64,000 bases of DNA from Candidatus Aminicenantes bacterium. Its GTDB lineage: Bacteria; Acidobacteriota; Aminicenantia; Aminicenantales; JAFGBC01. The DNA is taken from assembly GCA_963702005.1 (NCBI GenBank), contig OY969696.1, positions 384,001 to 448,000 of the forward strand, in the 5' to 3' direction. The first letter of the stretch is position 1; each line of letters opens with the position of its first letter. The notes under the pieces were generated by a model, which had not been told where the DNA came from, ran no database searches, and worked only from the letters and a program-made list of their open reading frames with translations. Shown in pieces: positions 46,527-56,208 of this stretch. The translations under genes and the position numbers were made by a program.

Positions 46527-48758
46527 TCAGAATCCGATGCCTCCCAGAATGTCGGTCGACTTGCCGATATTGCCCAGCCCGAAGGACACCCGGAACTGGG
46601 TCTCCGGCTTCTCCCGGAAATAAAAAACGCGCGCCTCGACCTTGAACTCGAGGCACTGATAATCGTAGACAAAAGAAAAGGCGCTGTAAAGCATCTTCCG
46701 GTCCTGGATGTTGTAATCGAGCTCGGCCTGGGCCTCGGCGGACAGAGCCGGGATCTTGAGCCCCCCCCAGACGTTGACCTGGTGCCGATTGAACAGGGCG
46801 TTCTGCCGGTAGGGATTGATGCTCTTGTACCAGCTGACCCTCAAGAACATGTCGTCCTCGGGGAGGCCAAGGTTGGCGCCGAGGCGGACCGAAGACAAGG
46901 TTTTCTGGTAGGGGTTGAATCCCGCCGAAAAGTCGACGCTGTAATCCCTCGACGGATAGAAGCGGAGATAGCTCGAGACGTCGGCCCAACTCGGGATCTT
47001 GCCGTTGACCAAATAGATCTGGAGCGGACTCTCCTCGGGGGCCAGGTAGTAGGTTTCGGACAGGCCCAGGGTCACGATCTCGCGGGGCATCTCATCCTGT
47101 TTGACCAGGATCCGGTTGGTCAGGCCGAAGGAGAGCTGATGGAAGCGATAGAAAAAGCCGCGGGTGGTGATGATCCGCTCCGAATGGGCGACTGGGCTGT
47201 CGTAGCGGTAGGAAACGGAGGGCTCGATGATGTGCTTGAGCTTGGGGGCGCCGTCTTCGCCGCGGAAGATCCGGAAAAAAACGGGGCCGATCAACTCTAG
47301 GTTCAGGTTGTAATTCTGGGTGAACAAGGGCTCGTTGACGGCTTGCCTGCCCCAGGGGGCGTAGCTCTGGAAATAATATTGCAGGTTGGTCCCCACGGTC
47401 GTGTTCAGGGTCAGCCAGGGGATGTCCGTAAAGGGGACGGTTAGGGCCGGCGTCAACCACAGGGTCTGGGAACGGGTCTGGGTCCCGGCTTTATAGGCGT
47501 TGGCCATTCCGTATTCCCAGCTGTTGAACCCCGAGGACAGAGAGAAGTAGAGGGGCGAAAACACCTTGATCTTGAAGGAATTGAAGGAAATCTGGGGAAG
47601 ATTGTAAGAGACGATCGAGTTGCCGAGCTGGGTGAAATAAGTCTCGAACCGGGAGACTCGAACGTTGAGGTTGAAGTTGGACCAGGCCCGGGACAGATAG
47701 ACCTGGGAACTCCTGTTGGAGATGACGGCCCGCTGGAAGTTGTTGTCGAATTCCCGCAAAAAATCGAAGGAGCTCTGGTAGTCGACGTTGGCCACGAGCT
47801 TGAAATCCAGAGGGAGCGTCTGGTTGTGATTGAGCCGAAGGATGTAGGCGTTGGCGGGATTCACCCCGTTCGGATCTTTCTTGAACTTGAAATAATAAAG
47901 GCTGAGGTCCCCCCCGGAGCCCTCCGAAAACATATAACGCTGCTCGAGGCCGGCTCCGACCCCCCGGGAGGAATAGTAATCCGCGGTCAGGGTCGCGTCC
48001 ATGCTCCGGCTGATGGCCCAGTAGAAGCTCTGGCCGTAGATGAAGCCCTTGGTCCCGGAGTAGCCGATCTGGGGCATCAGGAATCCGGTCGCCCGCTCCC
48101 GGTTCAGCGGGTAGCGGAAATAGGGGAAGTAGAACACGGGGACTTTTTTGATGCTGAGGACCATGTTCCACATCGCCAGGTAATCGTCCTTTTTGAAGTC
48201 GGCCCGGGAGAAAGAGAATTTCCAGCGCGGCACGGGCTGGGCGCAGGAGGTCACCTTGCCCTTCCCGAGGGCGTAGAGGTTGTCCGACTTTTTCTCGACG
48301 GCGTCGGCCTCGTACATAAGGCTGGGCTGGATCATGGCGAAGACCTTGACGAGCTCCCCGCGCGAGCTGTCCAGGTTGAAGGCGGCCCGTTCCGCGCTCA
48401 GGACCTCGCGGGGAGACTGGAGGACGACGTGGCCTTCGGCCAGGACGTCTTTTTTCTCGGGGTCGAGATCGATCCTGTCCGCGAAGAGGGCGAGGTCCTT
48501 GTAGTGGACCTCAACGTTCCCGGTTGCGATGAGCCTGTCCTTGGTCCTTTCCTTGGTGACGGCCAGAACCCGGATCTCCCCGACCGTGGTGACCTGCCTG
48601 AACTCCTGGACGGCGGGCTGGCCCGCCGTCTGGCCGGCCGTCTGGGGGAGAGCTTGCCCCTGCTGTCCCTGGACCTGGCCCTTATCCTGGGGAAAAAGAT
48701 CCCCCGCCCGGAGCCAGATGGCCAAGGCCATCCAGGCGAGGAGAATGGGCCTTCTCAT
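46527..48758 (-). CDS. lptD: LPS assembly protein LptD
   Basis: Signal peptide, OstA-like ATGNV...AD, TSC..P.P.W, R.TGFL.P.IG.S..KG, YQC near C-terminus. Confidence 0.85.
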   Translation of the reverse strand: MRRPILLAWMALAIWLRAGDLFPQDKGQVQGQQGQALPQTAGQTAGQPAVQEFRQVTTVGEIRVLAVTKERTKDRLIATGNVEVHYKDLALFADRIDLDPEKKDVLAEGHVVLQSPREVLSAERAAFNLDSSRGELVKVFAMIQPSLMYEADAVEKKSDNLYALGKGKVTSCAQPVPRWKFSFSRADFKKDDYLAMWNMVLSIKKVPVFYFPYFRYPLNRERATGFLMPQIGYSGTKGFIYGQSFYWAISRSMDATLTADYYSSRGVGAGLEQRYMFSEGSGGDLSLYYFKFKKDPNGVNPANAYILRLNHNQTLPLDFKLVANVDYQSSFDFLREFDNNFQRAVISNRSSQVYLSRAWSNFNLNVRVSRFETYFTQLGNSIVSYNLPQISFNSFKIKVFSPLYFSLSSGFNSWEYGMANAYKAGTQTRSQTLWLTPALTVPFTDIPWLTLNTTVGTNLQYYFQSYAPWGRQAVNEPLFTQNYNLNLELIGPVFFRIFRGEDGAPKLKHIIEPSVSYRYDSPVAHSERIITTRGFFYRFHQLSFGLTNRILVKQDEMPREIVTLGLSETYYLAPEESPLQIYLVNGKIPSWADVSSYLRFYPSRDYSVDFSAGFNPYQKTLSSVRLGANLGLPEDDMFLRVSWYKSINPYRQNALFNRHQVNVWGGLKIPALSAEAQAELDYNIQDRKMLYSAFSFVYDYQCLEFKVEARVFYFREKPETQFRVSFGLGNIGKSTDILGGIGF

Positions 48759-48842
48759 GATTGTCAACTGTAGCATAAGCCCCTCCGCCTAATCAAACCG
48801 GCTGGGCTGCTATTAGGTTGCGAAAATGGAAAGGGCCCCGTC

Positions 48843-50093
48843 TCAAGAACTTGCCTGGAACAGGCCGGCATCGGCCGAAAAGACCTGCATCCGGTCCTCC
48901 CGCTTGGTCACCCGCCGGACCAGGATCCCCTGCTCGGGATCGTAAAGCCCCCCGGCCGCGTTGATGGTGTCCCGGGCGTTCTTGAGCCAGACGTCGATCC
49001 CGGGAAACGAGGGATGATGGCGATCGTTCTTATCGATGGGGTAGAGGATGCTCTTGGCCGTCCAGTAGTCGAGGGCGACCGGGTCCTGACTGGCCGCGAT
49101 CCGGTTCGCCCGGAAGGTCATGGACTCGGGATAGCCCTTCAGGGCGCGATGGGAGACCCAAATGGCATCCACGATGTTGAGGACGGGCGTCCGGACCGAG
49201 GCGATCATGGTCCCGCAGGTCTGACCCAGGCCGTCATAATGACGGAAACTGCTCTGGCCGTCTACCATGGACACGAGCCCGTAGAAATGCTTGATGCTGG
49301 CCGTGATCTCGGAGCCGCCCTTATCATGGTGCTTGAGGACCGGGACGTTGATGAGCTTCAAGTTGGGGCTGAATCCCGTCCCCGTCCAGATCCCCTTAGC
49401 CAGCTCGACCCGGCGGCCGCCCGGGGTCGTGAAACAGGGATAGGAAACTTCCCCCAGCCGCCGGTAGCCGTTCGCGACATGGTCTTGAGCGGCGATGAAA
49501 TTTTGCCTGATACCGTCCAGGAGGAAGCCGCCGACCCTCCGGTTCTTGAAGACCTGGTTGATGAGATAGAGGAAGCTGTGACGCTCGTCGTTGGCGTTGG
49601 CATGGACTTCAGAATCGGAATAGGACGACCAGGTGTCGCAAGCGAGGCTTCCCCGCCCCTGGCCGTTTTCGACGACGACGACTTCGCCCCGGAATCCGTC
49701 CGGATGATCCAGGAGGCGCTGGATCAGCCCGCGGACGAGGTCCGCGTTCGTGCAGCCCCGGTACTTCCACTGGGCGTTGACCTTGATCAAAACGACGTCG
49801 TCCCGGGCGATGAGGCCCGAGGGACCGGCCATGTCCGTGGTCAGACTCGAACGGTAGAACTTGAGGCCCTTCGCCCCGAGGAGATCCAGGAGACAGTCCA
49901 GGCCGATATGGCGATTGGGATGGGCGGGGTCGTAGAATGGGTCGTTGGGGATGGAATGGACGCTGAAGATCTTATTGCGGGGCGTCGTTCCGGAGTCTCC
50001 GGCCAGGCCCCGGAAGGGCCGGGACAGTGACAAGAGGGCTGCCGCCCCGCCGTCCCTGAGGAATTCTCTGCGGCGCCAAGCTCTCGGGCTCAT
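48843..50093 (-). CDS. Tat-exported DUF362-like protein
   Basis: RRREFL twin-arginine motif; VLIKVN, LINVPVLK.H, T.SIK..YG, DPVALD. Confidence 0.7.
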   Translation of the reverse strand: MSPRAWRRREFLRDGGAAALLSLSRPFRGLAGDSGTTPRNKIFSVHSIPNDPFYDPAHPNRHIGLDCLLDLLGAKGLKFYRSSLTTDMAGPSGLIARDDVVLIKVNAQWKYRGCTNADLVRGLIQRLLDHPDGFRGEVVVVENGQGRGSLACDTWSSYSDSEVHANANDERHSFLYLINQVFKNRRVGGFLLDGIRQNFIAAQDHVANGYRRLGEVSYPCFTTPGGRRVELAKGIWTGTGFSPNLKLINVPVLKHHDKGGSEITASIKHFYGLVSMVDGQSSFRHYDGLGQTCGTMIASVRTPVLNIVDAIWVSHRALKGYPESMTFRANRIAASQDPVALDYWTAKSILYPIDKNDRHHPSFPGIDVWLKNARDTINAAGGLYDPEQGILVRRVTKREDRMQVFSADAGLFQASS

Positions 50094-50203
50094 GTTTCGC
50101 TCCCTTGCAATTCCATTATAGACCCGATTTCCGGATTCGCCACTTTTGGGCGGATAAAGCCCGTTTTCAAAGCCCTCCCGGTCTATGCTATCATTATTAT
50201 GTC

Positions 50204-50440
50204 ATGCGGGATCGCAGGTCCGGTTTCCGTTCCCTGCGCAGCTGGACGGAGTTGAGCTCCCTGGGGCTCGTGCTTCCCTCGTCCATCATCGTCGGGCTCG
50301 CTTTCGGCTGGCTCTTCGACAAGGCGTTCGGGACGAATCCCTGGGGGCTGCTGGCGTTCTTCATCCTGGGCGCCGTAGCGGGCGTCACCAGCCTGTTCCG
50401 AGCCCTGGCCAAGTACGACAAGGACGATGCGGAGAAATAA
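50204..50440 (+). CDS. AtpZ/AtpI family small membrane protein
   Basis: G...GW.FDK.FGT.PW motif at the head of the atp genes. Confidence 0.85.
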   Translation: MRDRRSGFRSLRSWTELSSLGLVLPSSIIVGLAFGWLFDKAFGTNPWGLLAFFILGAVAGVTSLFRALAKYDKDDAEK

Positions 50441-50455
50441 CCTCCGGCAACGGCC

Positions 50456-50851
50456 ATGAACGACGAGATCGGCTACGAAGAAAAAGTCCTCAGGCGCATC
50501 CCGACCGAGATCGCGGCCCTCAGCCTGCTCCTGGCCGTCCCGGCCGGGCTGATATTCGGCCCGGGCATCGCCGCGCTGTTCTTCATCGGGGGGGTGCTGG
50601 CTTCCCTGAGCTTCCTGACTTTAAGACACTGGCTGTACAAGGCCTCCCTGGGAGATCGGAAGAAGGCCATGCTTTCGTTCGCCGGCTTCTACATCCTCCG
50701 GCTCATCTTGATCGGGGCCGTTTTTTCCACTATAATCCTCCTTTATAAAAGAAAAGCCATCGCGTCCGCGGCCGGCTTTTCCGTCCTCATCCTTGTCTTT
50801 TTTGCTGAGGCCCTGGTCGCTCTCGCGCGGAAGCCGACATGGAAGAGCTAG
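50456..50851 (+). CDS. atpI: ATP synthase subunit I-like membrane protein
   Basis: Four TM segments, position before atpB. Confidence 0.7.
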   Translation: MNDEIGYEEKVLRRIPTEIAALSLLLAVPAGLIFGPGIAALFFIGGVLASLSFLTLRHWLYKASLGDRKKAMLSFAGFYILRLILIGAVFSTIILLYKRKAIASAAGFSVLILVFFAEALVALARKPTWKS

Positions 50852-51591
50852 AACCTAAGCTATTCCTGGTTGACCTTTTCAACCGGGTCCTGGGCAAACC
50901 CCTGGCCGCCCTTCTCCACCTCGTCGGGATCGAGGTTCGGAACCCGAATCGTCTCCTGCCGGATAACGTCGTCATGAGCCTCATCGTCATGATCCTCCTC
51001 ATCCTCTTTTTCAGCCTCGCTTCCCGAAGGCTCCGGCCCGTTCCGGGCCGGCTCCAGAGCTTTCTCGAGCTCATCATCGGCTCTTTCGATAACCTGATCG
51101 CCGACATCATCGGCGAGGAGGGTCAGAAGTTCCTCCCGGTCATCGGAACGGTCGGTATCTTCATTTTTTCCTGCAATATGATCGGCCTCTTTCCCGGCTT
51201 CATGTCCCCGACCAGCAAGATCAACACGACCTTCGGCTGCGCCCTGGTCATCTTCCTCTATTATCATTTCCAAGGGATGAAGGCCCAGGGTGTCTTGAAG
51301 TACCTCAGACATTTCGTCGGCCCCATCCCGGCCCTGGCGCCGCTCCTCATTCCGATCGAGGTCATCAGCCATTTTTCGCGGGCCGTCTCGCTGTCCATGC
51401 GGCTTTTCGGAAACATCTTCGCCGAGGACGTTCTCATCCTCATCGTCGGGGCTATCCTCCCCTTTATCCTCCCCCTTCCCTTCATGGCCGTAGCCATATT
51501 CACGGCCGTCATCCAGAGCTTCGTCTTCGTCCTCCTCTCCTGCATCTACATCGGGGGGGCGGTAGTCCATGAACAAGAACACGCCACATGA
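50839..51591 (+). CDS. atpB: F0F1 ATP synthase subunit a
   Basis: PG.LQ..LE, N.IGL.PG, SR.VSLS.RLFGN, IQSFVF.LL..IYI. Confidence 0.96.
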   Translation: MEELEPKLFLVDLFNRVLGKPLAALLHLVGIEVRNPNRLLPDNVVMSLIVMILLILFFSLASRRLRPVPGRLQSFLELIIGSFDNLIADIIGEEGQKFLPVIGTVGIFIFSCNMIGLFPGFMSPTSKINTTFGCALVIFLYYHFQGMKAQGVLKYLRHFVGPIPALAPLLIPIEVISHFSRAVSLSMRLFGNIFAEDVLILIVGAILPFILPLPFMAVAIFTAVIQSFVFVLLSCIYIGGAVVHEQEHAT

Positions 51592-51604
51592 AAGGAGTTT
51601 CATC

Positions 51605-51955
51605 ATGACAGGCAAGCTTCAGAAGCTCGGACTGCTCCTTTTCTTCATCTTGGTCGTCGGAAGCCCGCTGCTGGCCCAAGACCAGGCTCCGGGCCTGACC
51701 GACCACCGCGCTTCGCTCTTCAAGCTGTCCCTGATCGTGGGCGGCGGCGTCATCACCCTGGCCGTGATCGCGGGAGCATTCTGTCAGGCCAAGGCCCTTT
51801 CCAGCGCCTGCGAAGGAATCTCCCGGAATCCGGGAGGGGCGCCGCACATCCGGTTTCTCCTCATGTTCGGACTGGTCCTGATCGAAACCCTGGTCATTTA
51901 CGCCTTGCTGATCACGTTCATCATCCTCATCATTCAGTGGGGGAAATACACCTGA
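51605..51955 (+). CDS. atpE: F0F1 ATP synthase subunit c with N-terminal extension
   Basis: SRNP loop, LIETLVIY; AAAGGAG RBS. Confidence 0.93.
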   Translation: MTGKLQKLGLLLFFILVVGSPLLAQDQAPGLTDHRASLFKLSLIVGGGVITLAVIAGAFCQAKALSSACEGISRNPGGAPHIRFLLMFGLVLIETLVIYALLITFIILIIQWGKYT

Positions 51956-51983
51956 GTCGGGATCCGGGGCAACCGAGGGGGGC

Positions 51984-52865
51984 ATGGGCGTTTCGGTCTT
52001 TCGCGTCCTCAAGCTGACCTTCCAGCGCTTCAACAGCGACCGCTGCTGGAACTCGGCCATCGTCATCTCCTATTTCGCCCTGCTCTGCGCCGTCCCCCTG
52101 GTCGCCCTGTTCGCCTATATCACGACCAAGGTCCTGGGCAATTCCGAGATCGCCTTCCGGAGCCTCAACATCTTCTCCGAGGAGTTCTTCGCCCGGCTCG
52201 ACCCCTCCTTCTTCAGCCGGCTTCAGAGCGTCTCCAAAAACCTGGCCAACCTCGGCTGGATCAGCCTGGGCGGCTCCTTCGTCGCGGCCAGCTTCCTGTT
52301 CTCGAACCTCATCTATGCGATCAACTTCATCTTCAAGGCCAACTACCAGAAGTCCTTCTTCTACAACCGCCTCATGGAGTACCTGATCATGTTCACGATC
52401 GGGATCATCATGCTCTTTTCGCTGGCCATCACGGTCATCTGGACGGCCCTCCACCGTACGATCGACGCCTCGGCTTTCGCGGCCCAGTACCTCAACCCCA
52501 AGGTTTTAACTCTGGTCGACAACGCCCTTCTCCAGTACCTCCTCCCCTTCACCCTGACCTTCCTGGTCTTCGTCTCCCTCTACAAGTTCATCCCCGAAGT
52601 CAAGGTCCACACGCGCGCGGCGGCGCTGGCCGCCGCGATCGCCGCCGTCCTTTGGGAGATCTTCAAGCGGGGATTCGCCTTCTACGTCGTCCACCTGTCC
52701 GTCATCGGCATGGTCCTCTCCAAGCTGCTCCAGGGGACGCTGACCTCAATCCTCTTCTTCCTGCTCTGGATTTCCTTTTCCCTGGTTATTCTCCTTTGGG
52801 GGGCGGAGCTCGCCTCCGTCCTCAACGACCGGCTCGACGGGAAGCTCCATGAGCACACGACCTAA
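51984..52865 (+). CDS. YihY/BrkB family membrane protein
   Basis: SA..SYF.LL..VP, LYKFIP, LWEIFK..F..Y, LLWI..S..ILL.GAEL. Confidence 0.85.
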   Translation: MGVSVFRVLKLTFQRFNSDRCWNSAIVISYFALLCAVPLVALFAYITTKVLGNSEIAFRSLNIFSEEFFARLDPSFFSRLQSVSKNLANLGWISLGGSFVAASFLFSNLIYAINFIFKANYQKSFFYNRLMEYLIMFTIGIIMLFSLAITVIWTALHRTIDASAFAAQYLNPKVLTLVDNALLQYLLPFTLTFLVFVSLYKFIPEVKVHTRAAALAAAIAAVLWEIFKRGFAFYVVHLSVIGMVLSKLLQGTLTSILFFLLWISFSLVILLWGAELASVLNDRLDGKLHEHTT

Positions 52866-53901
52866 GACCCGCGCCGTCCGGCTGAGCATCAAGGAGCTGG
52901 CCGAGAGGCTCGGCTGTCCCTTCGAGGGCGACGGCGCCGTCATCATCACGGGCGTCGCCGGCCTTGAGAGGGCAGGCGAGGGCGATCTTTCCTTCCTGGC
53001 CCATCCCCGTTTCCGGCCGCATCTCGAGAAGACGCGCGCCTCGGCCGTCATCCTCGCGCCAGGAGTCCCCTGGCACAGGACGCCGGCCGTCCGGGCCGAG
53101 AATCCCCGGCTGGCTTTCGTCCGGGCGACCGAGCTCTTCTTCAAGCCCTTCCGCCCCGAGCCGGGGATCCACCCGGCCGCCCTCGTCTCGCCCTTGGCCA
53201 AGATCGGAAAGGACGTCTCGATCGGCGCCCTGTGCTGGATCGGGGACGGCGTCGAGATCGGCGCCGGATCGGTTCTGCATCCCCTGGTCGCCGTTTATCC
53301 GGGCGTGAGGATCGGCCGGAACGCCGTCATTCATTCCCAGGTCACGATCCGCGAAGACGTCTCCGTTGGGAACAACGTCATCCTCCATGCCGGCGTCGTC
53401 CTGGGCTCGGACGGCTTTGGCTACATCAAGGACCTCGACGGCCATCACCTCAAAATCCCCCAGCTGGGGACGGTCCGGATCGAGGACGACGTCGAGATCG
53501 GCGCCAACACGACCGTCGACCGGGCCACGCTGGGAGAAACCGTCGTCGGCAGGGGGACCAAGATCGACAACCTGGTCATGGTCGCCCACAACGTCGAAGT
53601 CGGGACGGACACGATCCTGATCTCCCAGACCGGGATCGCCGGGAGCAGCAAGGTCGGGAACAACGTCATCACGGGAGGCCAAGTCGGCCTGGCCGATCAC
53701 GTGACCGTCGGGGACAATGTCTTCATCGCCGCCCAGTCGGGCGTCGCCAAGGACATCCCGGCCGGATCGAAGGTGGGCGGATCCCCCCATCTCGACATCC
53801 GGGATTGGCTGAAACTGTCCGCCCTTCTTCCCCAGCTCCCCGAACTGGTCAAGGACCTCAAGCGGCTCAAGCAGAAGCTCGAGGATTCGGAAAAAAGGTG
53901 A
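52849..53901 (+). CDS. lpxD: UDP-3-O-acylglucosamine N-acyltransferase
   Basis: Hexapeptide repeats, GSDGFGY, KIPQLG, TKIDNLV..AHN. Confidence 0.96.
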   Translation: MSTRPKTRAVRLSIKELAERLGCPFEGDGAVIITGVAGLERAGEGDLSFLAHPRFRPHLEKTRASAVILAPGVPWHRTPAVRAENPRLAFVRATELFFKPFRPEPGIHPAALVSPLAKIGKDVSIGALCWIGDGVEIGAGSVLHPLVAVYPGVRIGRNAVIHSQVTIREDVSVGNNVILHAGVVLGSDGFGYIKDLDGHHLKIPQLGTVRIEDDVEIGANTTVDRATLGETVVGRGTKIDNLVMVAHNVEVGTDTILISQTGIAGSSKVGNNVITGGQVGLADHVTVGDNVFIAAQSGVAKDIPAGSKVGGSPHLDIRDWLKLSALLPQLPELVKDLKRLKQKLEDSEKR

Positions 53902-53907
53902 CGGTGA

Positions 53908-54828
53908 TCAAGCCCGGCTGAGGTAGTCCTCGATCGCCAGGGCCGCGTGAACGCCGCTCCCGACGGCCGTCGCGAGCTGGGGCGGGCAGGCGTCGGTCAC
54001 GTCTCCGGCCGCGAACAATCCATCGCGCAAGGTCGCGAACGACGGCCCGACTTTTATCTGCCCCCACTCGTTGAGCTCGACCAACCCCCGGACGATTCCC
54101 GTACTGGGAACAGTGCCGATCGAGACGAACAGGCCGTCGACCGGGAGCATCGAAGCCGCGCCGGTCTTGACGTGACGCAGGGCCAACGCTTCGAGGCGGC
54201 CGCGGCCCTCGATCCGTTCAAGGATGGTCTCCCGCATGACTTCGATCGCGGGCTGCGCCAGCACTCGCTCCTGGAGGATCCGCTCCGCCCGGAAGGCGTC
54301 CCGGCGGTGGATGAGGACGACCTTCCGCGCCAGGCGGCTCAGGGTCAGGGCTTCGGACAGGGCGTTGTTGCCGCCGCCGACGATCGCGACCGTCCGGTCC
54401 CGGAAGAAGGCGCCGTCGCAGGTCGCGCAGTAGGAGACGCCGCGGCCGGCGAGCTCCGCCTCCCCGGGAATGCCGAGCTTCCGATAGACCGAGCCGGTGG
54501 CGACGAGGACGGCGCGGCCGCGATAATCCCCACGGTCGCAGGACACGATCCAGCCCCCCCCGTCGCGGCGGATCGCCTTAGCTTCGGCCGTTTCGATGAC
54601 GGCCCCGAACTTGAGGGCGTGGGCCTTGAAACTTTCCATAAGCGCTCGGGGTTCGACACCGTCGGGATAGCCAGGGAAGTTCTCGACCCGGTCGGCCAGA
54701 AGGATTTGTCCTCCCGGGACGGCCTTCTCCAGGACGACCGCCCGCCGGCGCGCCCTCCCCGCGTAGACGGCCGCCGCGAGTCCGGCCGGCCCGGCCCCGA
54801 CGATGACGACCTCCCAGGCTTCTGTCAT
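53908..54828 (-). CDS. trxB: thioredoxin reductase
   Basis: [24 protein letters not shown]. Confidence 0.95.
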   Translation of the reverse strand: MTEAWEVVIVGAGPAGLAAAVYAGRARRRAVVLEKAVPGGQILLADRVENFPGYPDGVEPRALMESFKAHALKFGAVIETAEAKAIRRDGGGWIVSCDRGDYRGRAVLVATGSVYRKLGIPGEAELAGRGVSYCATCDGAFFRDRTVAIVGGGNNALSEALTLSRLARKVVLIHRRDAFRAERILQERVLAQPAIEVMRETILERIEGRGRLEALALRHVKTGAASMLPVDGLFVSIGTVPSTGIVRGLVELNEWGQIKVGPSFATLRDGLFAAGDVTDACPPQLATAVGSGVHAALAIEDYLSRA

Positions 54829-55154
54829 GCGAGGTGCTTGGAGACGATCTCCACCAACCTGGCTTCGGGCAGGACGCCGACGACGGTCTCTTCGGCCTTT
54901 CCGCCCTTGAACAGCATCAGGGTCGGAATGCTCATGACGCCGTAGCGCTCGGCCGACTTCATGTTGGCGTCGACGTCGACCTTGACGACCTTAAGACGGC
55001 CCGCGAAATCTGTGGCGATCTTGTCCACGACCGGGGCGATCATCCGGCACGGCGCGCACCAGGCGGCCCAGAAATCGACGAGGACGGGGAGCGAGGACTG
55101 GAGGACTTCCGCTTCAAAGTTGGCTTCGCTTCCGGTAACGATATCGGCTGACAT
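54825..55154 (-). CDS. trxA: thioredoxin
   Basis: [15 protein letters not shown]. Confidence 0.95.
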   Translation of the reverse strand: MSADIVTGSEANFEAEVLQSSLPVLVDFWAAWCAPCRMIAPVVDKIATDFAGRLKVVKVDVDANMKSAERYGVMSIPTLMLFKGGKAEETVVGVLPEARLVEIVSKHLA

Positions 55155-55221
55155 GGCACTCTCCTTATGAAATAGCCAACGGCCTAAAAAAAATCATAGC
55201 CGAAATGCGGAAGGGAGACAA

Positions 55222-55332
55222 GTCAACCCCTCGACTCCCCCGCATGAATGCCGGGGCTTATTCGGGGTTAACCCTGAGCCTCGCTTCTCGTACCCGCCTT
55301 TCAGGGCGGGGTAGCGTCGGCGAACGGGTCGA
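55222..55332 (+). repeat. modular palindromic element, copy D
   Basis: GTCAACCCCTCGAC-CCCCGCATGAATGCCGGGG-TTCGGGGTTAACCCTGAGCCTCGC-CCCGCCTTTCAGGGCGGG-GTAGCGTCGGCGAACGGGTC. Confidence 0.85.
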
Positions 55333-55362
55333 CCGGACGGGCCGCCGCGGGCGGCGGCGCGA

Positions 55363-56208
55363 TCAGCCCCAGCCGAGCTTCTTGTGGAGGAGGTCGAAGT
55401 AGTTGCGGCGGGGAGATGAGATGAGCTGGAGCGCGAGGCCCGACCAGACGACCTCGACGATCGAATCGCGGTGGAGCGGAAGGCCGCGCTGCCCGTCCAT
55501 GGTGAGGTGGGTCTCCTCGCCCGCGGCCAGGATCCGGACCTTGACCCGGGAGCTCGAGGCGACGGCCATGGGCCGGAAGGAAAGAGTGTGGGGACAGATC
55601 GGCGCCAGGATCATGGCCGGCACCGAGGGATGGACGATGGGGCCGCCGGCCGAGAGCGCATAGCCCGTCGAGCCGGTCGGAGTCGAGACGATCAGGCCGT
55701 CGGCCTTGACCGCGGCGACCTCCTTGTCGTCGATCCAGATCCGGAATTCGATCATGCGGGCCTGGGCGCCCTTGTTGACGACGACGTCGTTGAGGCAGAG
55801 ATGCGTCTCGTCCAAGACCCGGGCCTCGAGGAGTCCGCGCGGGCTGACGATAGATTCGTTTCCGCTCAAGTAAGCGTCCAAGGTCAGGATCATCTCTTCT
55901 CGCGGAACCTCGGTCAGGAAACCGAGCCGGCCCAGGTTGACCCCTAGGACCGGCACCCGTGCCCGAGCGGCCAGGTGGGCGACGTTGAGCAGCGTCCCGT
56001 CCCCGCCCAGGACGACGAGAAGATCGGATTCGGCCGCGACCCGCTCCCGGGGAATCCCCGCTCCCAAACCGAGCTTTTGGGCGGCGACCTCCTCCGGCCG
56101 CAGCTCCAGCTTCCTCTCGCCCGCGAAACGGGCCAGCTCCCGCATGACGTCCTCGATGTCCGGCGCGTGAGGTTTGATGACGAGCCCGATCCGCTTAATC
56201 GTTTTCAT
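55363..56208 (-). CDS. nadK: NAD kinase
   Basis: GGDGT, LGFL, LND, DGLIVSTPTGSTGYALSAGGP. Confidence 0.96.
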   Translation of the reverse strand: MKTIKRIGLVIKPHAPDIEDVMRELARFAGERKLELRPEEVAAQKLGLGAGIPRERVAAESDLLVVLGGDGTLLNVAHLAARARVPVLGVNLGRLGFLTEVPREEMILTLDAYLSGNESIVSPRGLLEARVLDETHLCLNDVVVNKGAQARMIEFRIWIDDKEVAAVKADGLIVSTPTGSTGYALSAGGPIVHPSVPAMILAPICPHTLSFRPMAVASSSRVKVRILAAGEETHLTMDGQRGLPLHRDSIVEVVWSGLALQLISSPRRNYFDLLHKKLGWG

